A stretch of DNA of 64,000 nucleotides from Octopus vulgaris. Taxonomy: Eukaryota. The translations under genes and the position numbers were made by a program. The first letter of the stretch is position 1; each line of letters opens with the position of its first letter. Location: assembly GCA_951406725.2 (NCBI GenBank), contig OX597831.1, positions 29,140,001 through 29,204,000 of the forward strand, given 5' to 3'. Shown one piece after another: positions 36,481 through 49,112 of this stretch. The notes below the pieces were generated by a model. That model saw only the letters and a list, made by a program, of their open reading frames with translations. It had not been told where the DNA came from and searched no databases.

Positions 36481-38806
36481 GGAATATAGGGAGATATTAT
36501 TTAGAAGTTTTAACCAGTGGACTGCGGGCATGCTGGAGCACTACTTTTAATATAATCACATCGATCCCAGAACAAAAGGTGATACTCATTTAATGGATCT
36601 GTAACAGGATGAAAGGTCTGTAACACTTGAGGGGTGCAGGTCCTATCCCTTATACATTAAACTACAGATCTCTATTTATCCAATGTCTGAGGTCACCGTA
36701 TTGAATGATGACCCTTTTAATGGTGTAAATACCACAAGGTATACATCAGTATAACACAAACTGATTTGTTTCTTCTTCTTCTTCTTCTTCTTCCAATCAG
36801 GTCTCACGCCATTAGCCACTAAGAATAATCTCTAATTCGAGCCTACTCTAAGCTACTAAGAATGTGTGTGGCAACTGAAGATCCACCCACCAAACGCGAT
36901 AGACTGGCGGTTGCACAGGTGCGAAAGCTACATTGTTATCCTCATTCCGTAAACGGTGGCTTTTAACGGGTGGAGAGCTGAACCATCCTGGGGTACAGAG
37001 GATTCGCAATCTAGACTAGGGTCTGAAAGTTTACCACACCATGTTGGGTTACACCATGGTTTCTCTGCTTTGTGACAGAAGTAGGAAGAAAAGGTGAGAG
37101 AAAGTTGTGCTGAAAGAGTACAGCGGGGTTCACCACCACCACCCGCCGGAGCCTCGTGGAGCTTAGGTGTTTTTGCTCAATAAACACTCACAATACCCAG
37201 TCTAGGAATCGAAACTGCGTTCTTACGACCGCGAGTTCGCTGCCCTAACCACTGGGCCATTGTGCCTCCACTGTTGCTGTTGTTGATCGTGTTGTTGTTG
37301 TTGTTGTTATTGTGTAGAGAATGTGGGCTCGGGAACGCTGGCGCTGTGTGCCTATGGTAGGTGACTTCTGTTAATTCATTTTTTTAAAAAACATTAGTTG
37401 GGCCCCCTTCTATCATAAGCTGTCACGTTGACACTTAGCGCTTCCAGAGCATGAGCTCTTTATTGCGCAGAACTTGCTAGAGGTCCGTAAACTTTTATTC
37501 TTGAAGAGGTTCCCATCTAGTGATTCCCACATCCTTTTCCATCCTTCTACGTAATAATCAAGTTACACAGATGAGAAAGATATTAAACAGTCCAGGAGCC
37601 AACTGACAGCTTTGCTAAACTCCTATAAATACTCTGAACGGCTCAGATTTCTTTCTCATCGTCAATAACAGCTCGAATCATCATCTCTGTGTGGAACTGA
37701 CAGAAGTGATTCACGAATTTGGTTGAGAGGTTGGGAAGCTTACTTCTGAACCATATGGTCTTAGGTTCACTTCCACAGCATAATACCTTAAGCAAGTATC
37801 TTCTATTATAACCGCAGGCCGACCAAAGCCTTGTAAATGGATTAGCTAGGTAGAAGCTGAAAGAGGTTTCCCATCTTTATTGCTGGAGATTTGTCACCCT
37901 TGATTTTGTTGCTGGTCAACGATGTCCGCATCCTTCCAATGCTGAGACACATTGCCAACATAACGTGTCTGTTTCTGCTGTCAGATGCAATGCACTCATT
38001 GTTGAATGCTTGAGTATCACGCCATAGCTTCATCGGAGCATGTCTATCTCCGTTCGACCGTCCGTCCGTCCGTCTATCTGTCTGTATGTATGTCTCTTCT
38101 ATTTTTTAATTATTATAAACCTTCCACTGAGGAGGGAGCCGGTTTCCAACAAAGATACAAGGCTCCATCTTTGGGATGTAGTTAACACAGATAAATTCAC
38201 ATTTGGAACTTGAGAAAAGTCTTGCATATTTTTACTGTTCCACTCACAGATTGCACTTGTAATGTACGAATTAGCCGGTCGATTTCTCTTTCTGAAAATC
38301 CCAGTATATCCAGATTCTCCTTTAACCATTTACTAACAAAACCTAGTGCTCCAATTATTATTGGTATGAATATGAATTCATAGTCTGGATATAGAAGCTG
38401 GAGGTATCGAAGCAGCTATCCATAGATATCCTCTTTTTCTTTGATTTTCAAAGAGATATTTATATCTGCAGGGCAGCTGACCTCTATGACAATACATACC
38501 TTTGCTCATCTGTCCCAAACAACAACATCCGGCCTGTATGTTTATATTTGACAGAAGTTTTGATGGGGAATGTTCCACCAGTATTTCTTGAGTTGGTGTT
38601 TAGGAATGTATTCCATAACAGAGGGATTTTCTAAGTTTATTTCAGGGCAGTCTTTTTTGCGGATGGCATTGTAAATTGTTTTAGCGACGACATCGTGCCG
38701 CATAGGGAGGTAGTACCGTGACGTACTGTATGTATGTATGTATGTATGTATGTATGTATGTATGTATGTATGTATGTATGTATGTATGTGCCCTCTCTCT
38801 TTTTAA

Positions 38807-39188
38807 TCCCTCTATATAAAGCTGAAGTCTGTGTGTGGCAGGTTTGGTAACCTTCAACTAACACTATCTCCTCCAAGACCCTGCGGCGCAAGTTGACCAA
38901 AATTGAGAGTATGATAGAAGAAGGCTTGCTCTTCATTCCGTAGAAGATAAAATTCAAATCGGACAATGCTAACACCAAAAATTATTTACATCAAAAAGGT
39001 GCTATGAAAATCCCTATTTTTTAACGATTTTTTTTACTGCTGTGTCGCCATTTTCCGGTGTATTTCAATCAGAAAAAATGTTCACTTAAAGAGAATAACA
39101 AGCTACATAATGCAAAGTTTTTACTTTTCAAAAATTCCAATTCTAAAGGGTCGAAACAAACCCGAGCAACGCCGGGCGATATTGCTAG
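38807..39188 (+). mobile_element. Non-autonomous Helitron
   Basis: 5' A|TC..CTATATAAAG; 3' hairpin CCCGAGCAACGCCGGG followed by CTAG|T. Confidence 0.8.
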
Positions 39189-39229
39189 TTTAGAATAAAT
39201 TTTGATCGACCGCCTGCTTGTTAGCAAGA

Positions 39230-39535
39230 TTGTGAAGCAAAGTAACCTGTTTTCTTCATCCTCTTGTAAATCATAAGAAGGTTTTGCAGATTTTTACAGT
39301 CCCAGATATCGTATGTATGATTTGTAATGTATGAATTAACGAACTGTGTTCTTACCATAATAGCTATGAACTTGAAAGTGTACCCTGGGTACTGGATTTG
39401 CAAACTCTTTGTCAATGGTCCATAGATATCCTCTTTATCTTGTATTTTTCTAACCACATTAGTGTCCAAAGGTCAGCTGATTTTCACAACAGAACATACC
39501 CTTCCCTTGTGGTTCCACACAACAACAGAATCCAA
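39230..39535 (-). mobile_element. R2/R4-type LINE remnant (restriction-like endonuclease region)
   Basis: Translation VVWNHKGRVCSVVKIS*PLDTNVVRKIQDKEDIYGPL..LQIQYPGYTF. A likely upstream part lies at about 38170-38620. Confidence 0.5.
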
Positions 39536-40013
39536 ATTCTGCCAACGAAATAGTAGCGGAATCAATGTAAATATTTGAGCTCCAGTTGGTGTTACAAATA
39601 TGTTAAAGCAGTTGGTTGGTCCTTTGTGTTTGAAGTCTATGCAGTCATCTGACGAAAGCAGTTTATTTGTAATGATGTAATGTTTTCATTAATCAATTAA
39701 TATAAATTATTACGGCTTGAAACGGCCGTAATGAATTGACACCTGTACATCTTTGTTACTCATCTATATTATATTAATCTGTCCTTCAATCTGCACTTCG
39801 GAAATATTAGAGAAAGTATTTTTATATAAAGTACATGTCTGAGCAACCAAGAGCAAATCTCTTCGCTAAGTTGGGTCTGTTAAATGCATTCATTGTAAGA
39901 ATATCAAGAGCAAACACTTCTGCACAGAGTTTGATATTCACCTGATATCGTCTGGGTTTGCAAATTAGATCAATCAAACAAGGTGCCTCAATTTAAGTAC
40001 CTAATTCAACTAA

Positions 40014-40016
<3 letters not shown>

Positions 40017-40075
<59 letters not shown>

Positions 40076-40085
40076 CATATATATA

Positions 40086-40126
<41 letters not shown>

Positions 40127-40349
40127 ATATACATACATATATATACATATACATACATATATATATACATACACACATATATATACATACATATATATAT
40201 ACATACATATATACATACATACATATATACATACATACATATATATATACATACATACATACATATATATATACATACATATATACATACATACATACAT
40301 ATATATATATACATACATATATATATACATACATATATACATACATATA

Positions 40350-40383
<34 letters not shown>

Positions 40384-40441
40384 CATACATACATACATAT
40401 ATACATACATACATACATATATACATACATACATACATACA

Positions 40442-40518
<77 letters not shown>
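40017..40518. repeat. Compound (TA)n/(TACA)n microsatellite, about 500 bp
   Basis: Read directly. It is the source of the YIHT/MYVC ORFs. Confidence 0.97.
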
Positions 40519-40524
<6 letters not shown>

Positions 40525-40529
40525 TTATA

Positions 40530-40696
40530 CGAGATATCGCCATGCTGAAAATACCAGCCAAAATCTGACTATCCAGTAATTAATTTTTTGCTAGATTTTA
40601 TTTTGTCTTTTTGTCTTCTTTCCTTGCGCTGTATGAACATTTAATGTGGTTTTAGAGTCAGATTTTGGTTGCTATTTTCAGCATGGCGGTATCTCA
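40530..40696. mobile_element. MITE with about 40-bp TIRs, TA-flanked
   Basis: GAGATATCGCCATGCTGAAAATACCAGCCAAAATCTGACT pairs with AGTCAGATTTTGGTTGCTATTTTCAGCATGGCGGTATCTC. Confidence 0.75.
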
Positions 40697-40818
40697 TAGA
40701 TACCCTAAATTATAATTTTAATAATAATTATTACCTTTAAAGGTTTATATTTCCATGCTGGCCACTTGATAAGATCGATATTTAATTTAAATTAACCATC
40801 TTACATATATATTTATAT

Positions 40819-40868
<50 letters not shown>

Positions 40869-41876
40869 GTATGTATATATATACATACATGCATACACGA
40901 CGGGCTTCTTTCAGTTTCCGTCTACCAAATCCATTCATAAGGCTTTGGTCGGCCCTTCGCTATAATAGAAGACACTTGCCCGGAATCATGTGGATGTGAA
41001 GCAAGCTTCTTACCACACAGCCACAAGAACATACAGTATTTGTTTAATTTAGAGTGTGTTGGCCAAGGTGACCACAAAGCCTTTCCAGTTATCTGGAAAG
41101 ACTTTGGGACAAAAAATTTCGGAAAACTGATGTTGTACCTGTATGACCTTGGTGTGAACCTAGCCCTAAAATATAAAGAATAGACAGGAGTTCTCTACCT
41201 TGATTGTTGGAGAAAACAGATTTGTCACCCTTGTTCTTGTTAACAGTAAATCAAGTCAGTGCCCTCCGAAAGCTGCAGTCCATCGCCAAGGCAACAGTAG
41301 TTAAGCCGCTACACGTTACACTAAATGTGACCACGTGTAATTGTTATCTCATTGGAATGTCATATGAGGGATCCATAACCACACAAGAACTCCCCAATCT
41401 CAGTCATACTTAAGGACCTTTTAATGAGGAAATAATGTACAGGGAACAATCCACCATTCACACAAAAGAACCAGGTACATGTGCGCGCGCACACATACAC
41501 ACGACCTGCTGAGTCGTTAGATCCAGATCCTTGCGTTTAGAGTTCAACTCCCGCTATGGCTTACTCGTGTGATCGACTTGATCTTTTGTCTGGCTTAACA
41601 TCACCAACTGGTCCTTAAGTACCCGCGAATGACTGGTGGTGCCCATCAGACCTTCCAGAATGGAAATAATCATCTAGAAATCATCAATGTTTTTTTTATG
41701 ACTTCTTCCTCCACAAACGCCTCAAAATATGTAAAAATATCGTAAATATTGTAATTTATCGAATTTAGAAAATTTTCCATGTAGATGTTACACTACATCC
41801 CCACCTCACTCCCTGTGGAGGCAGAAGATGAAGTCACAGAAAGAAAAAAAACATGTTGAAGTCATATTTTAAAGTA

Positions 41877-42255
41877 TTGGGCCATCCCATAAATAATGCG
41901 TTTTTTTTCAATTTCATGAAATAAAAGTCGGAGGGGGACGGGATAAACTTTCTGCATCATCTTGTTATAAAAGCAGGTAGTAATTTTATGCTGTGCTTAT
42001 TCTTAGTGCAAGTTTTGAAGAGTGCAGTTCGATCTTAACAGGTTTTTTTTCGAAGCGATAATGGAAGTGACAAAGGATTATATTCGGCATATTTTACCTT
42101 TATATGTTCAATAAAGGCAACACCACAACGGAAACTGTGAGGAATATTAATGCAGTTTATGGGGATCGGACAAAAAGCGTAAGCCAGTGTCAACGGTGGT
42201 TCCAGAAATTCCGAGCCCGAAACTACAGCCTAGAAGACGAGGTTCGTCCCGAAAA
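41877..42255 (+). mobile_element. Mariner 5' remnant with a frameshifted transposase N-terminal HTH
   Basis: TA|TTGGGCCATCCCATAAATAATGCG TIR. From 42061 it reads MEVTKDYIRHIL / YMFNKGNTTTETVRNINAVYGDRTKSVSQCQRWFQKFRARNYSLEDEVRP, which is mariner HTH-like. Confidence 0.85.
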
Positions 42256-43107
42256 TCACGAAAAAAAAACCCCTCCACCCTAATGTTCTTGCTGTACGTG
42301 TGCTTGTGCGTGTCAACGTGATTTAAATTTAAATTGCATGACTTGAGAATTTAAAACACTGTCACTGTTATACACCAAAGGAGAAAACTGCGAGGAGAAT
42401 TCGTGTATTGCAATCCAAGTTTCCTTTTACTGGTTTCCATAGTAAGAAAGATCACTGAGAACATATAGAAAAACAAACAAACAAACAAAGAACAGGAGAT
42501 TCGGTTCATATTTATTTAGTTACGTCATCTTACACGTATTTCATTAACAATAATTATAGTATCCGTTGTATAAAGAAAATCTTATGAGCAAACTACATTA
42601 TCAAATCACCAGAGATTACGTGACACTCGTAAATATCGTTTATTTATTAATTGACTCCGGACTGTGTCATAGTTTTAGTGACCATAGCTACGATGTTAAG
42701 CTTAATTTTCTTAAACACCCAGTAAAGAAAATATTCCTTATCGTAGTAGAAAAGAAGGTTAATACCTGTATTTCCATAATATCTAAGAAAGTGAGTAGAG
42801 AGATATATTCGTTCCAAAAATCCTAGCGGGACTTTTCTAAATTTCATTTCTCGCGTTTGGCAACAACAAGCCTACAAATTTCCATTACCAGCGCAATTTC
42901 GGCTGATTAATCTGGCCCAAGGAAAAACTAAGCTAAGAGCTTGGGGCTGGCCAGATTGCGAGGATGATCCAGTTCTTGACTGAGGATAGAAAGCTTCGAA
43001 TGACCCGTCCTTGTTTTTTTTTTTTTTGAATCGTTTATCTAGATGTTTTGTTGTCCCTTTTTGTATCACCTAGTTGTCCGGATGTTTTGCGTTCTTGTCC
43101 CATTTTG

Positions 43108-43170
<63 letters not shown>

Positions 43171-43292
43171 TAACAAAAAAGAAAAGAAAAGGAATGTAGA
43201 ACACTATAAATTACTAAATCGAACGATAGAAAGTATAACGTATAACCTTATGCAAACAAAAGATTTTCATATAATTCTTTAATTTTGTTGTA

Positions 43293-43703
43293 TCTCGGGA
43301 CGGTCATTATATCAATAATAAACACACGCACTGGTTCTATTTCACTTCTTCATTATTATTTGTCAGTTAATTAGCTATTTAATATACTAACTAATCGATT
43401 GTTTGACTAATCATTCGGTTAAACAATCAATCAGTTATTTTTGTTAACGTCTTTTCGTTGCCATTCGCGATTTCTTCAATGACATTCTTGAAGCCTACCT
43501 GAAGCAGAGAGGGCATATCATTCAAGAGGTCATGAATGGCAACGAAAAAACTTTGACTAACGTAAGTGACTGAAGGATTAAACGAATGATTAATCGAACA
43601 ATCGATTAGCTAGTTGGTTAAATAGCTAACCAACTAACAAATACTAAAGAAGTGAAATGCAGCCAGTGATGTGTTTCTTATCGGCACTAATGCCCTCCCG
43701 AGA
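43293..43703. repeat. About 410-bp diverged palindrome
   Basis: TCTCGGGA/TCCCGAGA ends. Internal matches include TTTCACTTCTT/AAGAAGTGAAA, CTAATCGATTGTT/AACAATCGATTAG and TTTTCGTTGCCATTC/GAATGGCAACGAAAA. Confidence 0.85.
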
Positions 43704-43784
43704 GTCACCATTTATGATTCGGGTGAAGCTTTCAAGAAACTTGATAAGCTGGCAGCAGAGTTGGAGTTAGAGATAAATACAAAT

Positions 43785-44230
43785 TAAAGACTCAAATAAA
43801 GGTTACGAATGATCCAAATGTTCCAGGGTGTCTCTCTGACACAAGAGTCCATCAGTTTGGCGATACAGCAAATGAGACTGACTGGTGATGTGAACCCATC
43901 CTTTTTAAACAGGGGAATAACGCTGGCAATTTCCCACTGTTCTAGGCTAATATATTTGTCAAAGCAGAACTCGAAAAGGAGCAAGAGCTGGCTCAATAGA
44001 AAGAAATCGCCATGCTTGAGAAGGCTTAGTTGTGTATACGCTTGAGATGGTGTCGCAGCATTTCAAAAGTAAATTCACCATGTTATGGAGTTTGGATCAG
44101 TTGCGGTGAAAGATGGTACATTTGAGTTTTCAGCAGTAGAGTGTCAGTATCGCATTCGGTAATAAGTTTTGCACACACTTTGGGATCATCCGTAATCCGA
44201 CCTGTGTGGGATTGTGAAGAAGGCCAAGTG
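43785..44230 (-). mobile_element. CR1/L2-group LINE ORF2 fragment (start of RT)
   Basis: QWEIASVIPLFKKDG...PVSLICCIAKLMD resembles the WK.A.V.P..KKG / RPISL motifs. Confidence 0.7.
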
Positions 44231-44491
44231 GAGAACGATGTTGTTTCGAACACACGTTTAATATATGAAAGAATTACGAAAAGAAAAAAAAAGTGGGAAC
44301 AAAATAAGTTACGATTAACATGTTTAATGCATGGAGGATTAAGACAGCTAAAATTCATTAATATTGTCATATTTAATGCCTAGATTATTTAAAGAAAAAA
44401 CCTAAAATAAGTTTGGGTTACTTTACACCTACAACACCGACTTCCAGGACACTGATGGTTCGGAACCTCTTATAATCCGCGCTAATTTATG

Positions 44492-44526
<35 letters not shown>

Positions 44527-45311
44527 TAGTACTAGGGAGAGTGCACTGTAGCGGCATGTTGCTGCATCCACCGTTTATTGGTGATGCCCTACTCCTGGTG
44601 GATGATACCTTTGCACCACTCGGGTGGCAACCCTCCAACTCATGGGTTTGTTTGGATAGTTATTACCGGTGAGGAATTTACGATGAAGTTGAGTATTTTC
44701 AACCTAAATCTCTTTTAATCGCTTTTTATGACATGCGGAAGAAACGTTGGGTTAATTCTTTGGCATATCAGTCCCCACACAGCATAATTTATAAGCGGGA
44801 TCTTCAAGTTCCTGCGGCCGCCAGACTAGTTTACTGGTACTTTACACCGATTAGTACCTAGCACAGAACAGTATTAATACATTTGTATCACTTACACTAA
44901 TATATAGATATCTGTATTTCCTTTAATTAAAGTTAATTTGATATTTAATTTAAAGCAGTGAACTAGCAGAATCGTTAGCGCGTCAAGCAAAACTCACAAC
45001 AGCGTTTTGGCTATCTTTATGCTCTGAGTTCAAATTCTGCAGAGGTCGACGACTTCTTTCATTCCTTTTGGGGTCGATGAAATAAGTACCTGTTAAACAC
45101 TGAATCTATGTAATAGACTTACCCACTCACCCGAAATTGCTGGCCTAGTACTAAAATTTGAAACCAATATTTGTTTAATTTAGAGGCGACCACTTATGGT
45201 TCCGAAAAATCAGCAAATCCAGAAAGGATTTGAAACCAAAAATTTCAGAAAATCGATGTCGGACCGGTATAAAATGTATGGAGAATTGAAATTGCTATAT
45301 AAATAAAATTT

Positions 45312-45690
45312 TTGTGTTCAATATATGGAGTATTAAATACGGGACTCCATTTCATGGTGCCAAAAATCCTAACATTGCTATCAGGATACAGGAATAGATA
45401 CTGCTACAGCTTGGATTTCAAAGGCTCACAGCTCTTCAATATCCTTCCACAAGGCTTGAGAGACCTACGTGTGATGGATGTAGGCGTCTTCAAAACAAAA
45501 CTGGATCTCCTCCTGTCAAGAGTTCCGGATGAACCTACCTCGCGGCAAGAAATGCGGAAGAGGGCAGCAACATCAAACTCCCTCATTCATTAAATGCCAC
45601 ATTATCAGAGGAGGTTTCAAGTAATGAAAATGTGGCAAGGCTAACGGTGGTGCCCTATCATGGCCGCAGCTCTCGAGCTGAAACTAGTTA
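45312..45690 (+). mobile_element. CR1/L2-group LINE 3' fragment
   Basis: GSQLFNILPQGLRDL...FKTKLDLLLSRVPDEP. Its 3' end (GGTGGTGCCCTATCATGGCCGCAG...CTGAAAC) resembles the SINE A tail. Confidence 0.7.
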
Positions 45691-46111
45691 AGTAAGAAAT
45701 TAAAGAAATTGAGAAAAGGTATTAAGAATGTCAGTACAAAAATAGGTTTTACGACAAACCCGCGTTTTTAGTCATGCAAGGGAGGCAACTCCTGCTTATT
45801 ATGACTTCACCGGTGAAACAGACTTCATTGAATTAATAACAGTTTAATACTGAATTAAAAGCGTTTTTTAAAATTATTTATCTAGGCACAATGCCAGCAA
45901 TTTTGAGGAGCCGAATTAGTCAATAGAATAGCATCGACCTCAGTATTTTATTAGTACTATATTTGATCAGACACCGAAAAGATTAATGATGATGTCAGCA
46001 AAATTTGAAGCCAGAACGTAAACATCTGTAAGAAATAAACACGGCATTTTGTCCTACGATCTAACAAGTTTGAAGCTCATTGCTCCGTCCTCGCTGAAAT
46101 AATCCTTTTTG

Positions 46112-46314
46112 TTACTCTCTCTTTTACTCTTTTACTTGTTTCAGTCATTTGACTGCGGCCATGCTGGAGCACCGCCTTTAGTCGAGCAAATCGACCCCGG
46201 GACTTATTCTTTGTAAGCCCAGTACTTATTCTATCGGTCTCTTTTTGCCGAACCGCTAAGTGACGGGGACGTAAACACATCAGCATCGGTTGTCAAGCAA
46301 TGCTAGGGGGACAA

Positions 46315-46347
<33 letters not shown>

Positions 46348-46512
46348 CGACAGGCTTCTTTCAGTTTCCGTCTACCAAATCCACTCACAAGGCATTGGTC
46401 GGCCCGGGGCTATAGCAGAAGACACTTGCCCAAGATGCCACGCAGTGGGACCGAACCCGGAACCATGTGGTTGGTTAGCAAGCTACTTACCACACAGCCA
46501 CTCCCGCGCCTA
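46112..46512 (-). mobile_element. SINE family A, full length, CpGs intact
   Basis: The head GGCGCGGGAGTGGCTGTGTGGTAAG starts at about 46511 on minus; body and tail are complete. Confidence 0.9.
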
Positions 46513-47233
46513 TAAAGGCAAATAATTTTTTTTTTTTTTAAACGTGAAATTTGATGGGAGGGAGGTGGATAGTCGATATAATAGCACCCCACCCCACCCA
46601 GTGATCTACTAGTATTTATTTCATCGACCCCGAAAGGATGAAAAAACCAAAGCCAACCTCAGCGAATTTGAACTGCTAGGTATTTCGCGGTAACGATTCT
46701 GCTTTGTTCGTCGTCTGATCTTGTTAAAATAATGGTGAGAGATTCACTTAAAAGTAGAAACGCGTACATTTGTTGGCAACGAGAAGAAAACTATTTGGAC
46801 AAATCCGTTTCACCATTACAGTCTGTTGCGAAGATTGGTCCATTGCAGTCCACTTCATATTCTTTCAACTGAGTTTTCCACAGGCATTTGTAAACTTACC
46901 GAAATATTCAGTCAGACCCGGTATAATTACTGGTGCAATCCATCCTCTATGTTATTCACAGACATTTCTACGCTTAACGTCGTACTCAGCCAAAATCAAA
47001 AGGACACAGGAACAGAGTCAGTTCTTTGAGTTACAGGGAGAGAGTACGGGAACAATTTTCGCACAGTGTCTGTCTCACGTTGTGGAATCATTGTGGCCGA
47101 GTATTCCATAATACATTAGTCTTCTTCTTTTTCTTCTTCATGGTAGTCTGTGGTAGTCGGAGAAAGACGAATCCGCAATTTCTTGCAGAAGAACCTGCGC
47201 AAAAAATTCGTGACCAAATGTAGGTGCAGTACA

Positions 47234-47434
47234 TTAGTTCACTTCTTCCATCAGATCGACGTTACCTGAACAGGTGCACGGTGTGCCACACGTCAGGTGT
47301 CGAAGTGATTGCAGAGCAACATGAAATGAAGCGTTTTGTTCAAAAACACAAACTACTGTCCGGTTCGGGAATCGAAACCTCGATCTCGCGATCCTGAGTG
47401 CAACACCCCTAACCACTAGGCCACGATCCCCCAC
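47234..47434 (-). mobile_element. tRNA-headed SINE (family C-related)
   Basis: Minus strand reads GTGGCCTAGTGGTTAGGG...GGTTTCGATTCCC. Related pieces lie at about 11150-11275 and 60990-61125. Confidence 0.7.
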
Positions 47435-47488
47435 ATATCCAGTCGGATCTTTAACTTAATATTCACCGATACTCTGTGTGACATAATA

Positions 47489-47629
47489 TAAGGTTGTCCC
47501 AAAAGTTCGTAGAAAGTCTTGGAAAATAATGGTCTTTATTTTGAGGAATAATTTTTGTTGTTTTTGTTAGTACTTGGCGAGTAAAAATTCAATTTTCGCA
47601 TGTGTTTACGAACTTTTGGGACAACCTAA
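47489..47629. mobile_element. Mariner-like MITE
   Basis: TA|TAAGGTTGTCCCAAAAGTTCGTA ... TACGAACTTTTGGGACAACCTAA|TA. Confidence 0.8.
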
Positions 47630-48397
47630 TAGCAGGGGTCGAGACTTTTAAGCAGGTTCTCATATGTTTCATCTTGCTGGGGTTGAAGTGAACCTACAGA
47701 AGGAGAAATTTCTTTAAGGGACTGCTCAGCTGTCCCCTACCTTGTTATAGATCATGTAAGATTGAACACAACAATAAATCACTGATAATCACATCTCTCA
47801 TCGCATATCTTCCTGCTGTAGGATGCACTCTAACATGAGATAGTTCCCTCCACAGAACGAGCCTCTGTTATTGGACATATGCCATACGGGTTTCATCGGC
47901 CATACTCTTCCGTGTCGGCGCAGAGCAAGGGGATATTAATTTTGGGACTTTCCTTCTCCTAGATCAGCTGCTTTCACCGCAGCTAAGGGGCTCAATCTAC
48001 CCATGTAAAAATCTATTTAATCCATAGATGCGACCCTAACAAGTACTACCATTCCCGGTAGTAAGTACTGAATAGTTCAAAGTCAATCCCACGCAACTTG
48101 AACAGATACTCGCTGATAGTGAGATCAAATCTAACAGTTGACGATTGCGAAGCTAATTTTTTTTTGTGTGTGATTCGAGAGTATATTCTCCCCCACTCTC
48201 CCGCTTCCTCATCACCATCCAAGCTCCACCAGCCGTTACATTCTCACATTCACCTGACAAAACGGGACTGATCCACTCGATGGACTCTATTCTAAGTCTT
48301 GACATTGCCAGATGATTCCATACCAATTTCGAACATCAAGGTAAGTTGAGGGGATGCAGTGTTCAAAAGATTATTAGGGCCCATGTGATACGTCAAC

Positions 48398-48689
48398 GTG
48401 ATATAGTCCCTTAGGTCCACGTGATACAGTCCCTTAGGTTCAGGTGATACAGTCCCTTAGGTCCACGTGATACAGTCCCTTAGGTTCAGGTGATATAGTC
48501 CCTTAGGTCCACGTGATACAGTCCCTTAGGTCCACGTGATACAGTCCCTTAGGTTCAGGTGATACAGTCCCTTAGGTCCACGTGATACAGTCCCTTAGGT
48601 CCACGTGATACAGTCCCTTAGGTTCAGGTGATACAGTCCCTTAGGTCCACGTGATACAGTCCCTTAGGTTCAAGTGATACAGTCCCTTA
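48398..48689. repeat. 23-bp minisatellite, about 12.7 copies, two variants
   Basis: GTGATACAGTCCCTTAGGT+CCAC (A) or +TCAG (B), in the order A B A B A A B A A B A B' plus a partial unit. Confidence 0.97.
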
Positions 48690-49112
48690 TTGCAGACCCG
48701 TCTCTCAGCTGTTTACAAATTCTCATCCAAACACCTTCGGAGTGGAACAACTACTAACTATATATGAACCCCTAAACTGGTGCTGTGAATGACTTTTTCT
48801 CCAAGACAACGGAAACTATCTACATTTAAAAGACAAACGGCAAAGGAATGCCACAGAGGGGGAGTCTTAATGAGGTCATCTGAATTGTTAGACATAGCAT
48901 CCGCAACCCATTCGTAACAATGGATAATTTAGTTAGTCTATATATTGAAAAGAATATTAGACATGGCTGTCACGGTTGTAACACTTACTACTAACAAGCT
49001 TGCTGGATTAAGGGTGGCCAGGGAATTAAAAAAAAACAAACAAAAGCGATGATGACGACGACGACGATTAAAACACAAGGAAAATATTAAAAAACTTCAA
49101 TAAGAATTGATA

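Noticed and set aside
39983-40579. 150-198 aa ORFs (YIHT/MYVC repeats), and similar ORFs at 50848-51233, 53273-53568 and 60999-61366
   Set aside because: These are translations of (TA)n/(TACA)n microsatellites.
42900-43005. Hammerhead-like motifs (CTGATTA with stem AATCTGGCC/GGCCAGATT; CTGAGGA...CGAAT)
   Set aside because: The core has several substitutions and there is no GAAA or stem III in register.
48398-48689. CRISPR-like array or telomeric repeat
   Set aside because: The units are contiguous with no unique spacers, there are no cas genes and the context is eukaryotic. TTAGG is embedded in a 23-mer rather than tandem.
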